Shown one piece after another: positions 19,920-30,348 of a DNA stretch of 64,000 nucleotides. Under the pieces are notes generated by a model that did no database searches, was not told where the DNA came from, and saw nothing but the letters and a program-made list of their open reading frames with translations. The stretch spans positions 1,024,001 through 1,088,000 of the forward strand of contig OZ244720.1 in the NCBI GenBank assembly GCA_965219085.1, read 5' to 3'. The translations under genes were made by a program, and so were the position numbers. Positions within the stretch are counted from its first letter, which is position 1. Every line of letters starts with the position of its first letter. This DNA is from Dehalococcoidia bacterium. Its GTDB lineage: Bacteria; Chloroflexota; Dehalococcoidia; UBA2979.

Positions 19920-22361
19920 ATGACCGCGTTCGCGATGGTTGCGTCCGGCGGGAAGCAGGCGTCCGTGCGCAGGCTCTTCATTGCACTCGTAGCCACCGCG
20001 ATCGGCGTCGGCGCGCTCGGCGCGGCGCAGCCGTACGGCGACCCCACGACGACCATCGAGCTGCGCGTCTGGCAGGGCATCGAGGACCGCACCGACATCG
20101 CGGTTGGCGCGCGTGCGACGGACGGCACATGGGGCGCGCTGCGGATGGTCCCGCTCCCCCTCGACGACGGCTTCAGCCCCAACGGTGACTACCGCTACGG
20201 GCAGACGACTCTCGAGGTTCCGCTGACCAGTGCCGCGCCGGTCGGCGTCGAAGTGCGCGTGTGGCAAGCCGTGCGGATCCCCAGCCTGATCTACGTGAGC
20301 GCTCGAGGCGCGGGCGGCTTGTGGGCTCTCCTCGGGACGGTCCGCCTCCTACTCGACGACGGGATCCGCTCAGACCTCGGGTTTCGCTACGGCGACATGC
20401 GTATCGAGGTGGAGCTGCCCGAGCAGCACGTGGTCACGCTCGCCGGTCGCGCGATGCAGTGGGGCTACGTCGATGGCGTGGGGGCCGATGCGCGCTTTGG
20501 GAGATCGCCACTGCCTCTGTACATGGGTCTGGACGTCGACGCCGATGGCAATGTCATCGTTGCCAACTTCTTCAACCCCGCGATCCGCCAGATCGCTCCC
20601 GACGGTACGGTCACCACGATCGCCGGGGGCACCTGGGGACTGCGCGACGGCGCTGGGGCAGATGCCTGGTTCCGCGGGCCGAACGATGTCGCGGTCGCGC
20701 CCGACGGGGGCATCTACGTTGCCGAGCTCTCCAACCGACGCATTCGCAAGGTGGCGCCGGACGGCACGGTGACGACCATCGCGGGGACTGGTCCGCCGGA
20801 CCACGAGGTGAGCCCGAACCCGACCCGCGATGGCCCGGCGGACCGGGCCCAGTTCGGCGTGATCGAACACATTGCGCTCGCTCCGGACGGTGACCTCTTC
20901 ATCCAGGACGGCCCGGTCATCAGACGCCTTTCGCTGTCCGGGTGGGTCTCGACGTTTGCCGGAAGCGTGCGCGGGTTCGCCGACGGGAGCCGCGAGCGCG
21001 CCCGGTTCGGGCACGTGAAGGACATGGACGTGGACGCCTCCGGCAACCTGTACGTCCTCGAGGTCAACTGGCACGTCCCCGGTGAGGTGGGTGGTGTCGC
21101 GACGGTTCGGAAGATCAGTCCCGGCGGGGTCGTGCGGACCATCTACAGGGACCGCCCGGCGCACCGCGGGGGACTGCTCGCCCACCCCCGCGGGATCGCC
21201 GTGTCGACCGACGGCGAGATCTACATCTCCAACACCGGGCGAGACCAGGTGGTGCAACTCATGCCCGACGGCGATCTGCGCGCGATCGCCGCAAGCGGCG
21301 CGGCCGGGCGCCTCGACGGTGCAGCGTTCAACTTCCCCGCCGCGCTCGCCATTGCGCCGAGCGGCGCGTTGGTCGTGGCCGACCAGGCGTCCAGCACTGT
21401 GCGGGCGATCCTTCCCGACGATGACGGGCGGTTCGCCACCGTGCCGCTGGTCGAGATCGAGGAGGTCGCGGTCCTCGAGGGGGTGAGTGTCAGTGTCTAC
21501 GCGGGGCGTGTGGGCCAGTCCGGGTTGTCAGGCGACGGTGGACCCGCGCGCTCGGCGCGCTTCTCCAGGCCGAACTGGATGGCTCTCGACGCGGCCGGGA
21601 ACGTCATCCTCAGCGACACGTGGAATCACGCGATCCGCCGCATCTCAGCCGACGGTACGGTCACTACGCTCGCCGGGGGTAACGGGGAGGGCATGCTCGA
21701 CGGTCCAGCCGATCGGGCCCGCTTCGAGTTGCCGACATACGTCGCGCTGGACGGAAGCGGTGCGATCTTCGTGGTTGAGAGTGGGGCGGGCCGTATTCGC
21801 AGGATCGCGCCCGACGGCGCCGTATCGACCGTGGACGAAGGCGCCATGAACAGCGTCCACGCCATTGAACCGGGGCCCGACGGCAGCCTCCTCATATCAA
21901 CGCAGGGCGAGATCTGGAAGCGGGATCCAGGAGGAACCACGACCCTGCTCGGAGATGGCTACGGCACCGTCTGGGGCCTCGGAACAGACCACGAGGGCTC
22001 CATCTTCTTCATCAATTCCGGAGCGACGAACTTCAGTGTGAGGCGCCTGCACGATACGGGAGATGTCTCGACCGTGTTCGAGGATCAGCGAGGCAGATAC
22101 GGTGGTCTGTTCGGACCCGTCGTCCATCGCCTCGCTATCGCCCCGGACGGCAACCTCTTCGTGGCCGACCCGGACTACAGGCAGGTGGTCCGCATCGCTC
22201 CGGATGGAACGACCGCGCTCGTCGCGGACCATGAAGCCTTCGGTTCAGCGAGCTTCAAGCCCGGGGACATCCTCGTCACTCCCGAGGGCGATCTGCTCGT
22301 CTCGGACGCGTGGCAGCACGTCATCTGGAAGATCACGATCGACGAGGACGCGGGGCGCTAG
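19920..22361 (+). CDS. Secreted NHL-repeat (beta-propeller) protein with duplicated N-terminal domain
   Basis: Signal peptide-like N-terminus and many DG.GA.ARF..P..vAvdpdG.iyvaD..n..IR.I..DG.V.T.AG repeats. Confidence 0.85.
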   Translation: MTAFAMVASGGKQASVRRLFIALVATAIGVGALGAAQPYGDPTTTIELRVWQGIEDRTDIAVGARATDGTWGALRMVPLPLDDGFSPNGDYRYGQTTLEVPLTSAAPVGVEVRVWQAVRIPSLIYVSARGAGGLWALLGTVRLLLDDGIRSDLGFRYGDMRIEVELPEQHVVTLAGRAMQWGYVDGVGADARFGRSPLPLYMGLDVDADGNVIVANFFNPAIRQIAPDGTVTTIAGGTWGLRDGAGADAWFRGPNDVAVAPDGGIYVAELSNRRIRKVAPDGTVTTIAGTGPPDHEVSPNPTRDGPADRAQFGVIEHIALAPDGDLFIQDGPVIRRLSLSGWVSTFAGSVRGFADGSRERARFGHVKDMDVDASGNLYVLEVNWHVPGEVGGVATVRKISPGGVVRTIYRDRPAHRGGLLAHPRGIAVSTDGEIYISNTGRDQVVQLMPDGDLRAIAASGAAGRLDGAAFNFPAALAIAPSGALVVADQASSTVRAILPDDDGRFATVPLVEIEEVAVLEGVSVSVYAGRVGQSGLSGDGGPARSARFSRPNWMALDAAGNVILSDTWNHAIRRISADGTVTTLAGGNGEGMLDGPADRARFELPTYVALDGSGAIFVVESGAGRIRRIAPDGAVSTVDEGAMNSVHAIEPGPDGSLLISTQGEIWKRDPGGTTTLLGDGYGTVWGLGTDHEGSIFFINSGATNFSVRRLHDTGDVSTVFEDQRGRYGGLFGPVVHRLAIAPDGNLFVADPDYRQVVRIAPDGTTALVADHEAFGSASFKPGDILVTPEGDLLVSDAWQHVIWKITIDEDAGR

Positions 22362-23416
22362 CCGCCGATGTACGACATCTCGATGCGCGGGCCCAGCGAG
22401 GCGACGTCGGGGGTGGCGGCGGAGCGCAGCTCCGAGTAGCGGTCGTCGCGGACGCGCCAGATGCCGCGCAGGAGTTCGAGGACTTCCTCGTCGCTCGCGC
22501 CCTCCCGCAGCGGCCCGCGCAGGTCCGTGCCGATCACGGCGAACAGGCACGTGTACAGCGAGCCGTCGGCGGACAGCCGGGAACGCGTGCAGTCGCCGCA
22601 GAACGGGGCGGACACCGAGGTGATGAACCCCACCTCGCCGTCGCCGTCGAGGTAGCGCCAGCGCCGGGCCACCTCGCCGCGGTACGACGGCTCCACCGGC
22701 TCGATCGGCAGCTCCGCGTTCACGCGCTCGGCGAGCTCGGCCGCGGGCACGACGTCGTCGAGCACCCAGCCGTTCGTCGCGCCAACGTCCATGTACTCGA
22801 TGAAGCGCAGGATGTGGCCGCTGCCCTTGAAGTAGCGCGCGAGGTCGATGGCGGTGTGGTCGTTCACGCCGCGCTTGATCACGGCGTTGACCTTGATCGG
22901 GCGCAGCCCGGCCGCGGCGGCCGCGTCGATGCCGTCGAGGACGGTCGAAACGGGGATTTCGACGTCGTTCATGTCGCGGAAGATCGCGTCGTCGAGCGTG
23001 TCGAGGGAGACCGTGACGCGGTCGAGGCCGGCGTCCGCCAGCGGCTGCGCGAGCTTCGTCAGCAGCGAGCCGTTGGTGGTAAGCGCGATATCCATGTCCG
23101 GCGCGGCCTCGCGGAGTTGGGCGACGAGCGACGGCAGGTCGGCGCGCAGCGTCGGCTCGCCGCCGGTCAGCCGCAGCTTGCGCACGCCGAGCCCCGCGAA
23201 CAGGCCGGCGAGGCGGGCGATCTCCTCGAACGTCAGGATCTGGTCGCGGGGCAGGAACTCGAAGTCCGGGCCGAACACCTCGCGCGGCATGCAGTAGCGG
23301 CAGCGGAAGTTGCAGCGGTCGGTGACCGAGATGCGGAGGTCGCGCAGCGGCCGCCCGAAGACATCGAGCACCTCGCCGGTGTCGAGCGGTGGGGTCGACG
23401 GTGCGCGGCCGGTCAT
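22358..23416 (-). CDS. moaA: GTP 3',8-cyclase MoaA
   Basis: LRISVTDRCNFRCRYCM radical-SAM motif, FCGDCTR..CLF and C-terminal MSYIGG. Confidence 0.96.
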   Translation of the reverse strand: MTGRAPSTPPLDTGEVLDVFGRPLRDLRISVTDRCNFRCRYCMPREVFGPDFEFLPRDQILTFEEIARLAGLFAGLGVRKLRLTGGEPTLRADLPSLVAQLREAAPDMDIALTTNGSLLTKLAQPLADAGLDRVTVSLDTLDDAIFRDMNDVEIPVSTVLDGIDAAAAAGLRPIKVNAVIKRGVNDHTAIDLARYFKGSGHILRFIEYMDVGATNGWVLDDVVPAAELAERVNAELPIEPVEPSYRGEVARRWRYLDGDGEVGFITSVSAPFCGDCTRSRLSADGSLYTCLFAVIGTDLRGPLREGASDEEVLELLRGIWRVRDDRYSELRSAATPDVASLGPRIEMSYIGG

Positions 23417-24015
23417 ACGAGCTCCTTCAGCACCTCGATTATCTCACGTGCGGCGAGTCCGCGATGGCTGATGGCGTGCTTGTCCTCGCCGAGCTCGGCC
23501 ATCGAGCGCCCATCGGGCAGCTCGAAGATGGGATCGTAGCCGAATCCCTCGGCGCCGCGTGGCCCCGCGGCGATGCGGCCCTCGACGGTCGCCTCGCGCA
23601 CGTAGGTCTCGCCCTGGGGGATGGCGAGGGCGAGCACGGCGCGGAAGCGCGCGCCGCGTCGCGCTGGCGGGACGCCGTCGAGTTCGGCGAGGAGGCGGGC
23701 ATTGCGGGCGCCTGGCGTCGCCGCCTGCGGCCCCCCGTAGCGCGCCGAGATCACCCCCGGCCGCCCGTCGAGCGCATCGACCTCGAGGCCCGAGTCGTCG
23801 GCGAGCGAGGGCAGGCCGGACGCCTCGGCGTGGCGCACGGCCTTCGTGACCGCGTTCTCGAGGTACGAGCGCGACGTCTCGATCACCTCGACGCGCGGAA
23901 GGCCGATGTCGGCCGGCGCCACCACGTCCCACCCGCAGCCGTCGAGGAGCGTGCGGAACTCGGCGACCTTGCCGGGGTTGCCGGTGGCGATCAGCAGGCG
24001 CGGCGATGCAGTCAT
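23413..24015 (-). CDS. rdgB: Non-canonical purine NTP pyrophosphatase (RdgB/HAM1)
   Basis: ATGNPGK, ADDSGLEVDALDGRPG, GFGYDPIF and SHRG motifs. Confidence 0.95.
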   Translation of the reverse strand: MTASPRLLIATGNPGKVAEFRTLLDGCGWDVVAPADIGLPRVEVIETSRSYLENAVTKAVRHAEASGLPSLADDSGLEVDALDGRPGVISARYGGPQAATPGARNARLLAELDGVPPARRGARFRAVLALAIPQGETYVREATVEGRIAAGPRGAEGFGYDPIFELPDGRSMAELGEDKHAISHRGLAAREIIEVLKELV

Positions 24016-24142
24016 GACGTGTCTCCGACGCGGTACGGCCGGGCTTCACCCCAAGGCGGCGCCGTCGGCTCGGCGGTCGAGTGCCCCTCGGTGCAGCTAC
24101 GGTATCAGGGGTGGCCGTTGGTGAGCACTGCGCGGTGGGCGG

Positions 24143-26209
24143 TCACTGGAGGTCGGGCGGCACCCTGGCGCCAGGTGGGGTGGCGCCCCAGCACACCACG
24201 TCGCCGGTCTCCCGTAACGCGCAGCTGTGCTGCCAGCCCGCGCTTACGGCGGTGTAGCGCCCCGGAGGGGCGAGCGTCTGGCCGTAGTCGTCGTACCCTG
24301 TGCCTCCCCAGCAGTCGATGCGCCCGGTCTCGTGCAACGCACACGAATGGAACGAGGACGAGCTCACCGACTGGTACGTTCCTGAGGGTGGGTTCAGAAG
24401 GTCGTCGTCGCTCCCGCCCCAGCAGGCGAGATCGCCCGACTCCTGCACCGCGCAGACATGCTCGAAGCCCACGCTCACCGCAAGATACCTACCGGACCTA
24501 CCGGACGGCGTGCTTCTCGCCGGGTTCGTGAAGCTGTCCCAGCAATCGATCTCCCCTGACGCGCGCAGAGCGCAGTAACCCCCGTAGCCCAGGCTGATCG
24601 ACTCGTAGGCTCGTGTCGTGAAGTATCTCTGGGGCTCGTGCTCCTTTCCCAGGTAGGCCGATCCCCAGCAATCGAAACCACCGGACTCCAGAACCGCGCA
24701 GAAGCCGTGATCCGAGGCGGGGCTCAGCGACCGGTAGGGTCCCGACAGAGCGCTCTGCTCGCCGGAGAAGGCGCCGCGCCCCCAACAGACGGCGGCCCCC
24801 CGCTCATCCAGGGCGCAGCTTGACTGCCCGCCCCCTGCCGCCACGGCACGGAACGTTCCCGCGGGCGCATCGGTCCGGCCATCCCAATTGGCCCCCCAAC
24901 CCGTCAGATGACCGGACTCCCCGATCGCGCACGAGTGCAGGTCACCCGCGCTCACCGAGCTGTAGCGTCCCGGCGGCGCGTTCGCTTGCCCGAAATCCAG
25001 GGAATCCCAGCAGACCACGCCACCTGACTGACGAACCGCGCAGCTGTGGTCCCAACCGACGCTCACAGACAGGTAGCGCCCAGAGGGCGGCGGCGCCGTT
25101 CCACCCCAGCATGCCACCTCACCGGAGTAACGAACGCCGCATCCGTGGTCGGAACCGACGCTTATCGATTGGAAGGTTCCCGTGGGCGCGACCACGTCTT
25201 CGAGCCAAATCTTGCCCCAGCAGGCGACCCTCCCTGACTGTCGGACTGCGCAGGTGTGGTATAGGCCCGCGCTCACCGAGCGGTAGCGACCCGGAGGAGC
25301 ATCGCTCTGGCCCGCATGCGGGGAGGGGCGGCTCTCGAAGTGGGCGTATCCGGGCAAGATCGGGGCGGATGCGTTCAGGCTCAGGACCAGTGGCGCGTGA
25401 GCCGCGCCGGGGTCTCGGCCGCCCTGTCCAGGCCCCCCTGCTCCCCAGCACGCGACTTCGCCCGACTCACGCACGCCGCACGAGTGGTAGCTCCCGGCGC
25501 TCACGGAGCTGAAGGCTCCATCCGGAGCCTCGGTCCGCCCGAATCCGCCATCTCCCCAGCAGGTCGCTGCGCCCGAGTCGCGCACTGCGCACGAGTGGTC
25601 ATCTCCCGCACTCACGGACCGGAAGGCCCCGACAGGCGCGTCGGCTTGACCGTCGTCATTGCGTCCCCAGCACGCGACTTCGCCCGACTCACGCAGTCCG
25701 CACGAGTGGCCACTTCCGACGCTCACGGAGCGGAAGGTCCCGCGAGGCGGACTTGCCTCGCCGTATCGATTGGCCCCCCAGCAGACCAGCTCTCCAGACC
25801 CGCGGATGGCGCACGTGTTCCAGGGGCCCGCGCTCAGCGAGACGTCGTCCGGTACAGCGACGAGTGTTCCCTCGTCCTCGCGGGCGAACACCAGGACGAG
25901 CACGAGTCCGAGGGCGATGATGACCGCAGCCTGTCCCATCCACGCGAGCGGCTTCAGGAACGGTCCCGCCCACCAGCGGCCCCCAACCCCCTCTTCCTCC
26001 GGACGCCACGCGGCGAGTGCTCGGCGGTTCGGCAGGTCCAGCTTCGAGAGCATGCGAGCGACGTGGGTCTTGACGGTCTCGGGACTCAGGCCGAGTCGTG
26101 CAGCGATCTCGGCGTTCGTACCGCCTTTACGCAGCTCCTCGAGCACACGCAGTTCGCCGGGCGTCAGAACCCCGGGATGTCGCGGTCGCCCTCGTCCTCT
26201 GCCTTGCAT
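24143..26209 (-). CDS. LuxR-type HTH, TM helix and RCC1-like repeat protein
   Basis: LTPGELRVL..GGTNAEIAARLGLSPETVKTHV HTH, one TM helix, then many ~37-aa SVSAGxxHSCxVRxSGxVxCWG repeats. Confidence 0.85.
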   Translation of the reverse strand: MQGRGRGRPRHPGVLTPGELRVLEELRKGGTNAEIAARLGLSPETVKTHVARMLSKLDLPNRRALAAWRPEEEGVGGRWWAGPFLKPLAWMGQAAVIIALGLVLVLVFAREDEGTLVAVPDDVSLSAGPWNTCAIRGSGELVCWGANRYGEASPPRGTFRSVSVGSGHSCGLRESGEVACWGRNDDGQADAPVGAFRSVSAGDDHSCAVRDSGAATCWGDGGFGRTEAPDGAFSSVSAGSYHSCGVRESGEVACWGAGGPGQGGRDPGAAHAPLVLSLNASAPILPGYAHFESRPSPHAGQSDAPPGRYRSVSAGLYHTCAVRQSGRVACWGKIWLEDVVAPTGTFQSISVGSDHGCGVRYSGEVACWGGTAPPPSGRYLSVSVGWDHSCAVRQSGGVVCWDSLDFGQANAPPGRYSSVSAGDLHSCAIGESGHLTGWGANWDGRTDAPAGTFRAVAAGGGQSSCALDERGAAVCWGRGAFSGEQSALSGPYRSLSPASDHGFCAVLESGGFDCWGSAYLGKEHEPQRYFTTRAYESISLGYGGYCALRASGEIDCWDSFTNPARSTPSGRSGRYLAVSVGFEHVCAVQESGDLACWGGSDDDLLNPPSGTYQSVSSSSFHSCALHETGRIDCWGGTGYDDYGQTLAPPGRYTAVSAGWQHSCALRETGDVVCWGATPPGARVPPDLQ

Positions 26210-26332
26210 CGGGTCACGCTAGCATCACCGGGCACGAATTTCGTCACCCGTCGACGTCCCACGCTGGCAAGAGCATCTTCGCCGCCGCACCATCCACGGC
26301 AGCAGGCACGTCTGGCGGCCGCGAGCAGGCCT

Positions 26333-26602
26333 TCAGCGCAGGCAATGGCAGGCGGTGCTGAGTTCGCCGTCCACGTCGCGCCCGGACCAGTCGATCAACT
26401 CCTGGCGGTCGAGCGAGCAGATCTTGATGTACTCGCCGGTGGTGTAGCGCTGTCCCCGCGTGGAGATCAGCTCGCAGGCCGCCACGTGGAGCACGATCGC
26501 CGTCGAAGGGGCCGGGCGGCGTCCGACGTTGAGCACGTAGCCCTCCGGATGCCACTGCGTCCAAGCCAGGTAGGCCTCGTCGGCGTCGACGAACATCTGC
26601 AT
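26333..26602 (-). CDS. Hypothetical small protein with Cys/His motifs
   Basis: 89-aa ORF containing LHVAAC...KICS...CHC. Confidence 0.55.
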   Translation of the reverse strand: MQMFVDADEAYLAWTQWHPEGYVLNVGRRPAPSTAIVLHVAACELISTRGQRYTTGEYIKICSLDRQELIDWSGRDVDGELSTACHCLR

Positions 26603-26636
26603 CGAGCGACGCCGCGTAGGGCTCCCCCGCTCGCGA

Positions 26637-27731
26637 CTACATGGCCTCCCAGCGGTCGCTCAGCTTGGCGGCCACGGCCGGCATCGTCGTGTACTCCATC
26701 TCGTCGAGGGGCAGACGGTGCGGCTCGAACGGGCCGTGCTTGCGCAGGTAGTCGCTGATGTTGTTCGCCTCGGTGCGTGCGTTGTCGTACGAGGGGTCGT
26801 CGAACAGGTCGCGCGGGCCGATCAGCTTGCCTTCGGCGAGCTGGAAGCCGAGCGCGACGACGCGCGGCGGGCCGTCGAAGCGGGCCGGGTGCGCCTGCTC
26901 GACCGAGACCGGCATCCATGGGCCGTAGTGCGAGCCGCGCATGAAGCCCTCGACGGTCCACGCGGTCGTGAACGGCTCGATCACCTCGCCGACGGCGGGG
27001 AAGTTGCCCTGGCAGCGCACGATCGCCGTCGGGTCGTCCTTGCCGACGTAGCGGCCGGCGATGAGCGAGAGCTTGTCGGTGGAGGAGACGGCCGCGACCT
27101 CGCCGGTACTGCGGCTGCGCACGCGCTTCACGGCGTAGCGCGCCGGCGACCCGATGAAGACGAGCAGGTCGTACATCTCGTCCGGGCAGGAGAGCATGAT
27201 GCGCTTGCTCTCCTTGACGTCGTGGACCTCGAACTCGAAGCCCATGTGCAGCGACTCGGCGATGATCAGGCCGGCGGTGTTGAAGGGGTCGCCGAACATC
27301 TTGAAGAACGGCAGGTTGAACGACCCGGCCGAGGTCTTGTCGCCCATGAACACGATCACCGGCTCCGAGGGGCGCTCCTCGAGCTCCACCTCCGCCGAGC
27401 CGGGGCCGGCGCCGCGGATGTTGCCGGAGAAGGCGTCGACGAGGATGTCCTGGCCCGCGCCGTAGAGGTGCAGCTTCATCGCCACGTCGGTACCGATCTG
27501 GAACGTGTCCCAGGCGAGGCGGTGAATCGCCTCGTCGTCCTCGCCGCGGTCGTGCGACATGATCAGGAACAGGTCGTCGCCGCAGGAGTGGGCCTGCGCG
27601 TCGATCAGCAGCCCCGACTGCACGGCCTGCGCCAGCGACTCGCGCCCGGCGTCGAGGAGCTCGGGGTGCATGGCCGAGTGGCCGACAAAGCCGCCGACAT
27701 CCGCCTTGATCACGCTCAGGGTCTGGGGCAT
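26637..27731 (-). CDS. fbp: Bifunctional fructose-1,6-bisphosphate aldolase/phosphatase (FBPase class V)
   Basis: SVIKADVGGFVGH, HLYGAGQD, GRYVGKDDP, MRGSH and HGPFEPHRLP..MEYTT motifs. Confidence 0.93.
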   Translation of the reverse strand: MPQTLSVIKADVGGFVGHSAMHPELLDAGRESLAQAVQSGLLIDAQAHSCGDDLFLIMSHDRGEDDEAIHRLAWDTFQIGTDVAMKLHLYGAGQDILVDAFSGNIRGAGPGSAEVELEERPSEPVIVFMGDKTSAGSFNLPFFKMFGDPFNTAGLIIAESLHMGFEFEVHDVKESKRIMLSCPDEMYDLLVFIGSPARYAVKRVRSRSTGEVAAVSSTDKLSLIAGRYVGKDDPTAIVRCQGNFPAVGEVIEPFTTAWTVEGFMRGSHYGPWMPVSVEQAHPARFDGPPRVVALGFQLAEGKLIGPRDLFDDPSYDNARTEANNISDYLRKHGPFEPHRLPLDEMEYTTMPAVAAKLSDRWEAM

Positions 27732-27922
27732 CGCGTCCTCCGTCGTCGTGCCTCCGCCTCGCCGGGCGGCGGGCAACCTTGTGCGGTCTGGCCTCCTGGG
27801 AATGGGTACCCGTGGGCGACTCCGATACTACACGAGGGTCACGAACCGCCGAAGCGCCTACCTCCGCCATGGGTCGCACTACCCAATCACCTACGCCGCG
27901 CGCTCGATGCGACTGGGGTCCG

Positions 27923-28824
27923 TCAGACAGGCTGGCTCCCGAGATCCGGTATCAGATGAGAAGTAACAGAATCTACCGCATCAACGCAGGAATACAGCGT
28001 CTTCCTGACCGAACGCATAGTAGGGCCGTATCTCTCGATCGCCGCGATCTGCTCACTGCGCTTGGTGGAAAACACTTCGTCGCGAACGGATTCATTGGCC
28101 TCTGGATCGACGAAGTGGGCTTCCAAACGGAACTGCACGTTATCCTGGATATCAGCGCTTGGATCACCAAACGGAACTGCACGTTATCCTGGATATCAGC
28201 GCTTGGATCATCCACTGCTAACAGTAGCTCGCCTTTGTTCAGAAGCCACGTGCTTACTGTTACCATCGAATCCGGCTTGAGCGAGCTGACATCTCCAATC
28301 ATCGGTCCACCTGAATATCCAGCGGCCATGAGGAGATGTCTGTGCCTATCATGAATACTCATGATGTGAAGCAGCCACAGATCAAGCCCGTGCTGTGAAG
28401 GGCGCCACGGCTGGTATTGTAGGATTGCTTCCTGCGCTTCGAAGCTTACCCCTTTCAGAGCCCGGCCTTTGGCAATATCAAAGGCTGCTTGATCCCGGCA
28501 TATTGGATACGCATTGCCGCGATCGGGCTCTTGCCCATTGGCAATAACGAGTTGCCAGACTGTGTGATCCAGAGCGGATCTAAGATTGTATAGTACATCG
28601 CCTATATGTATCGCGTAGTCAATCGGGACAAATTCGTTGTCTCCTTCAACCAACCATATCTGTCGGGTAGACTCCACGTGGTGCACGATACGCTCGCGCT
28701 GCTTCTCGGCAAATCTTGTCAGCTCTGGATGCAATAGTCTCAGTTGCTCCCGCGCTCGCCTTATGCGACGTCGTATTCCTGTACTATCGTATGCGGCTCT
28801 ATCGTAAGACACGTATCGCCTCAT
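27923..28824 (-). pseudogene. Low-GC hypothetical gene frameshifted by a 44-bp tandem duplication
   Basis: ORF 27973..28824 changes frame at the duplication. Removing one copy joins it to ORF 27923..28138 (..NVQFRLEAHFVDPE..SQPV*). The GDVLYNLRSALDH motif is seen in many accessory hypotheticals. Confidence 0.6.
28123..28210. repeat. Perfect 44-bp tandem duplication
   Basis: ccaaacggaactgcacgttatcctggatatcagcgcttggatca at 28123-28166 and 28167-28210. Confidence 0.95.
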
Positions 28825-28876
28825 TTCCGTCGACCGGCCGGTTCTTGCGCGGCCGTCGGTTCTACCCGCTCCACAG

Positions 28877-29578
28877 CTACGAACCGCCGAAGCGCCCCCG
28901 CAGCTCCCCCAGCACCGATTCGGCGAGCGGGAACGTCACCTCGCGCAGGTCGGCCGCGAGCCCTCCCCGATCGGCGAGGAAGGCGTCGAGGGCCTCGGCC
29001 GCCTCGAGGCCGCGCGTGCGGGCGTGCTCGTCGTCGAGGGCGCGGAAGCCCTGCAGCTTGCGCGGGCCTTCGCGCCCGCCCTCGGAGATGTACCAGTCGC
29101 GGAACGCGACCCCGCAGCCCACATCGAACAGCAGCGCGCCGAGCGGCGTCGCCACCGGCGGCACGCGTGCCGCCAATGCGCGCGCGGTGAGCGCGCGGGC
29201 AGCCGAGTCGTACTCGGCCATGAGGTGCCCGCCCGGCGGCACGACGCTTGCGAGGCGCTCGAACAGCGCGCGCTCCAGCTCCGGGGTGACGTCGAACGTT
29301 CCCCCGCTGTCGAGCGGGAGCGAGGTGAAGGAGTCGAGCACCTCGACCCAGTTGAAGCCGGGGTACGGCCCCGAGTTCTGTAGCCCGAACACCACCGGCG
29401 CCGTCGAGCGTCCGTCCGGCGTCACGAGGTAGCAGCGGAAGTACGTCGAGCCCACCGCGCTGCGCGGCCCGAGGCGCACGTCGAGCGTGACGCCGCCGCC
29501 GAGGTCCGCGCCGTCGAGCGGCGCGAGCGCGTGCCCGGGCGCGTCCGAGGCCTGCCGCCAGCGGTCGTCGGTCGTCAT
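28877..29578 (-). CDS. DUF1122-family protein
   Basis: NWVEV, GGHLMAEYD, PPVATPLG and FRDWYISEGGREGPRKLQG motifs. ATG at 29578. Confidence 0.75.
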   Translation of the reverse strand: MTTDDRWRQASDAPGHALAPLDGADLGGGVTLDVRLGPRSAVGSTYFRCYLVTPDGRSTAPVVFGLQNSGPYPGFNWVEVLDSFTSLPLDSGGTFDVTPELERALFERLASVVPPGGHLMAEYDSAARALTARALAARVPPVATPLGALLFDVGCGVAFRDWYISEGGREGPRKLQGFRALDDEHARTRGLEAAEALDAFLADRGGLAADLREVTFPLAESVLGELRGRFGGS

Positions 29579-29583
29579 CGCGT

Positions 29584-30348
29584 TTACGCGGTCCTCGTGC
29601 GCAGTGCCCACAGCGCGAGCGTGGTGGTGATGGCTCCCAGTCCGAGCACCGATGCGAACGCGCCGGCGAGGTTGTCCCACTCCCAGCCATCGAGCGCGAG
29701 CGTGCGCATGCCTTCGAGCAGGTAGGTCACCGGGTTGATCGAGGCGAGGAACTCCATCCACGGGTCGAAGAACTCCTTCGGTGCGAACGCGGGCGAGAGG
29801 AACAGCAGCGGGAAGAAGATCAGGAACCCCGCCTGTGCGGCCTGCGCGTTCCCCGTGCGCAACCCGATCGCCACGCCGATCCCCGAATACGCCACACCGA
29901 ACAGCCCTGCCAGCGCGACGATCACGACGTAGCCGAGCGGTCCCGCCTCCAACCCGCCGCTGAAGATGGCGAGCACGGCGATGATGATCGACGTGAACGT
30001 CGCCGACCGGACGCCGTCCGCGATGAGCCGCCCGAGCACGATCGCCAGCCGTGGCATCGGCGTCAGCAGCAGCTTGTCGAAGTAGCCGCTCTCGATGTCC
30101 TTCACGATCGCCACGCCGGAGATGGCGGCAGCGCCCGCCACGCCCTGCGTGACCGCGACGGGGAGCTGGAACGCCTCGTAGTTCTCGATGCCGAACGCGG
30201 GGGCCGCGATGTTGCTGATCGCGCCGACGGTGACGAAGAAGAAGAACAGCGGGATGAAGAGGTTGCCCGCCTCGACGCCCGGTTGGCGGATCGTCTCCCG
30301 CACCGCCCGCCACGTCAGCTGGTACGTGCCCACCACGAGCGTGGTCAT
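29584..30348 (-). CDS. ABC-2 type transporter permease
   Basis: Six hydrophobic segments, DIESGYFDKLLLTP and INPVTYLLEGMR. Confidence 0.9.
   Translation of the reverse strand: MTTLVVGTYQLTWRAVRETIRQPGVEAGNLFIPLFFFFVTVGAISNIAAPAFGIENYEAFQLPVAVTQGVAGAAAISGVAIVKDIESGYFDKLLLTPMPRLAIVLGRLIADGVRSATFTSIIIAVLAIFSGGLEAGPLGYVVIVALAGLFGVAYSGIGVAIGLRTGNAQAAQAGFLIFFPLLFLSPAFAPKEFFDPWMEFLASINPVTYLLEGMRTLALDGWEWDNLAGAFASVLGLGAITTTLALWALRTRTA

Noticed and set aside
28123-28210. 44-bp repeat considered as a CRISPR array
   Set aside because: Only two directly abutting copies, with no spacer and no cas genes in the window.
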